This document shows positions 19,791-20,000 of a DNA stretch of 20,000 bases, in pieces. The translations under genes were made by a program, and so were the position numbers. Where the stretch lies: contig CAJNYD010000037.1 of the NCBI GenBank assembly GCA_905331295.1, positions 106,953 to 126,952 of the forward strand, in the 5' to 3' direction. The notes beneath the pieces are model-generated. The model did no database searches, was not told the DNA's origin, and saw nothing but the letters and a program-made list of their open reading frames with translations. The stretch's first letter is position 1. Each line of letters opens with the position of its first letter. Origin of the DNA: Rotaria socialis. Lineage: Eukaryota.

Positions 19791-20000
19791 ATTTGCACGT
19801 CTTTGATGTAGCTTCATTGAAGCATGAATTCTTCATTCGAATTAGTCGAGCTTTTCCAATGCTTCAATTTTTCTCTCTGGTGAATATTATGTTACAGTCA
19901 TGGGATGTTAATGAATGGCAATATGATAATAATTCAACATTTTCAGTTATTGAATATTCTCATCTTATATCACTTGACATCACGAGTGTGCATCTAGATT

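Noticed and set aside
19307..19836. ORFs within or overlapping the TIR element as a possible transposase
   Set aside because: Short, no DDE, BED or hAT dimerisation motifs; they lie in a palindrome arm and the TIR.

Overview
AT-rich, gene-dense animal genomic DNA with many short GT-AG introns (mostly 48-70 nt). It is most consistent with a bdelloid rotifer, which is an inference I cannot confirm here. Seven protein-coding genes can be spliced by hand: (1) the 3' part of an unidentified S/T/N-rich protein, (2) a stand-alone MATH/TRAF-domain protein, (3, 6) two paralogous small tetraspanin-like 4-TM genes about 8 kb apart, the first interrupted by a 100-N gap, (4) a secreted and probably GPI-anchored GH18 chitinase-like protein with an altered active site, (5) an ADAMTS-like M12B metalloprotease with ShK and EGF modules but no TSP1 repeats, and (7) a complete invertebrate-type contactin (C-type lectin, 6 Ig, 4 FN3). 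The window ends with a 1.35-kb non-autonomous hAT-like element holding a large internal palindrome. The most notable observations are a sharp identity step between the two 4-TM paralogs (about 97% vs about 63%), suggesting gene conversion, and four telomere-like TNNGGG hexamers sitting where the element's left target-site duplication should be. I found no clear-cut new multi-gene system; the cell-surface cluster idea is flagged as speculation.
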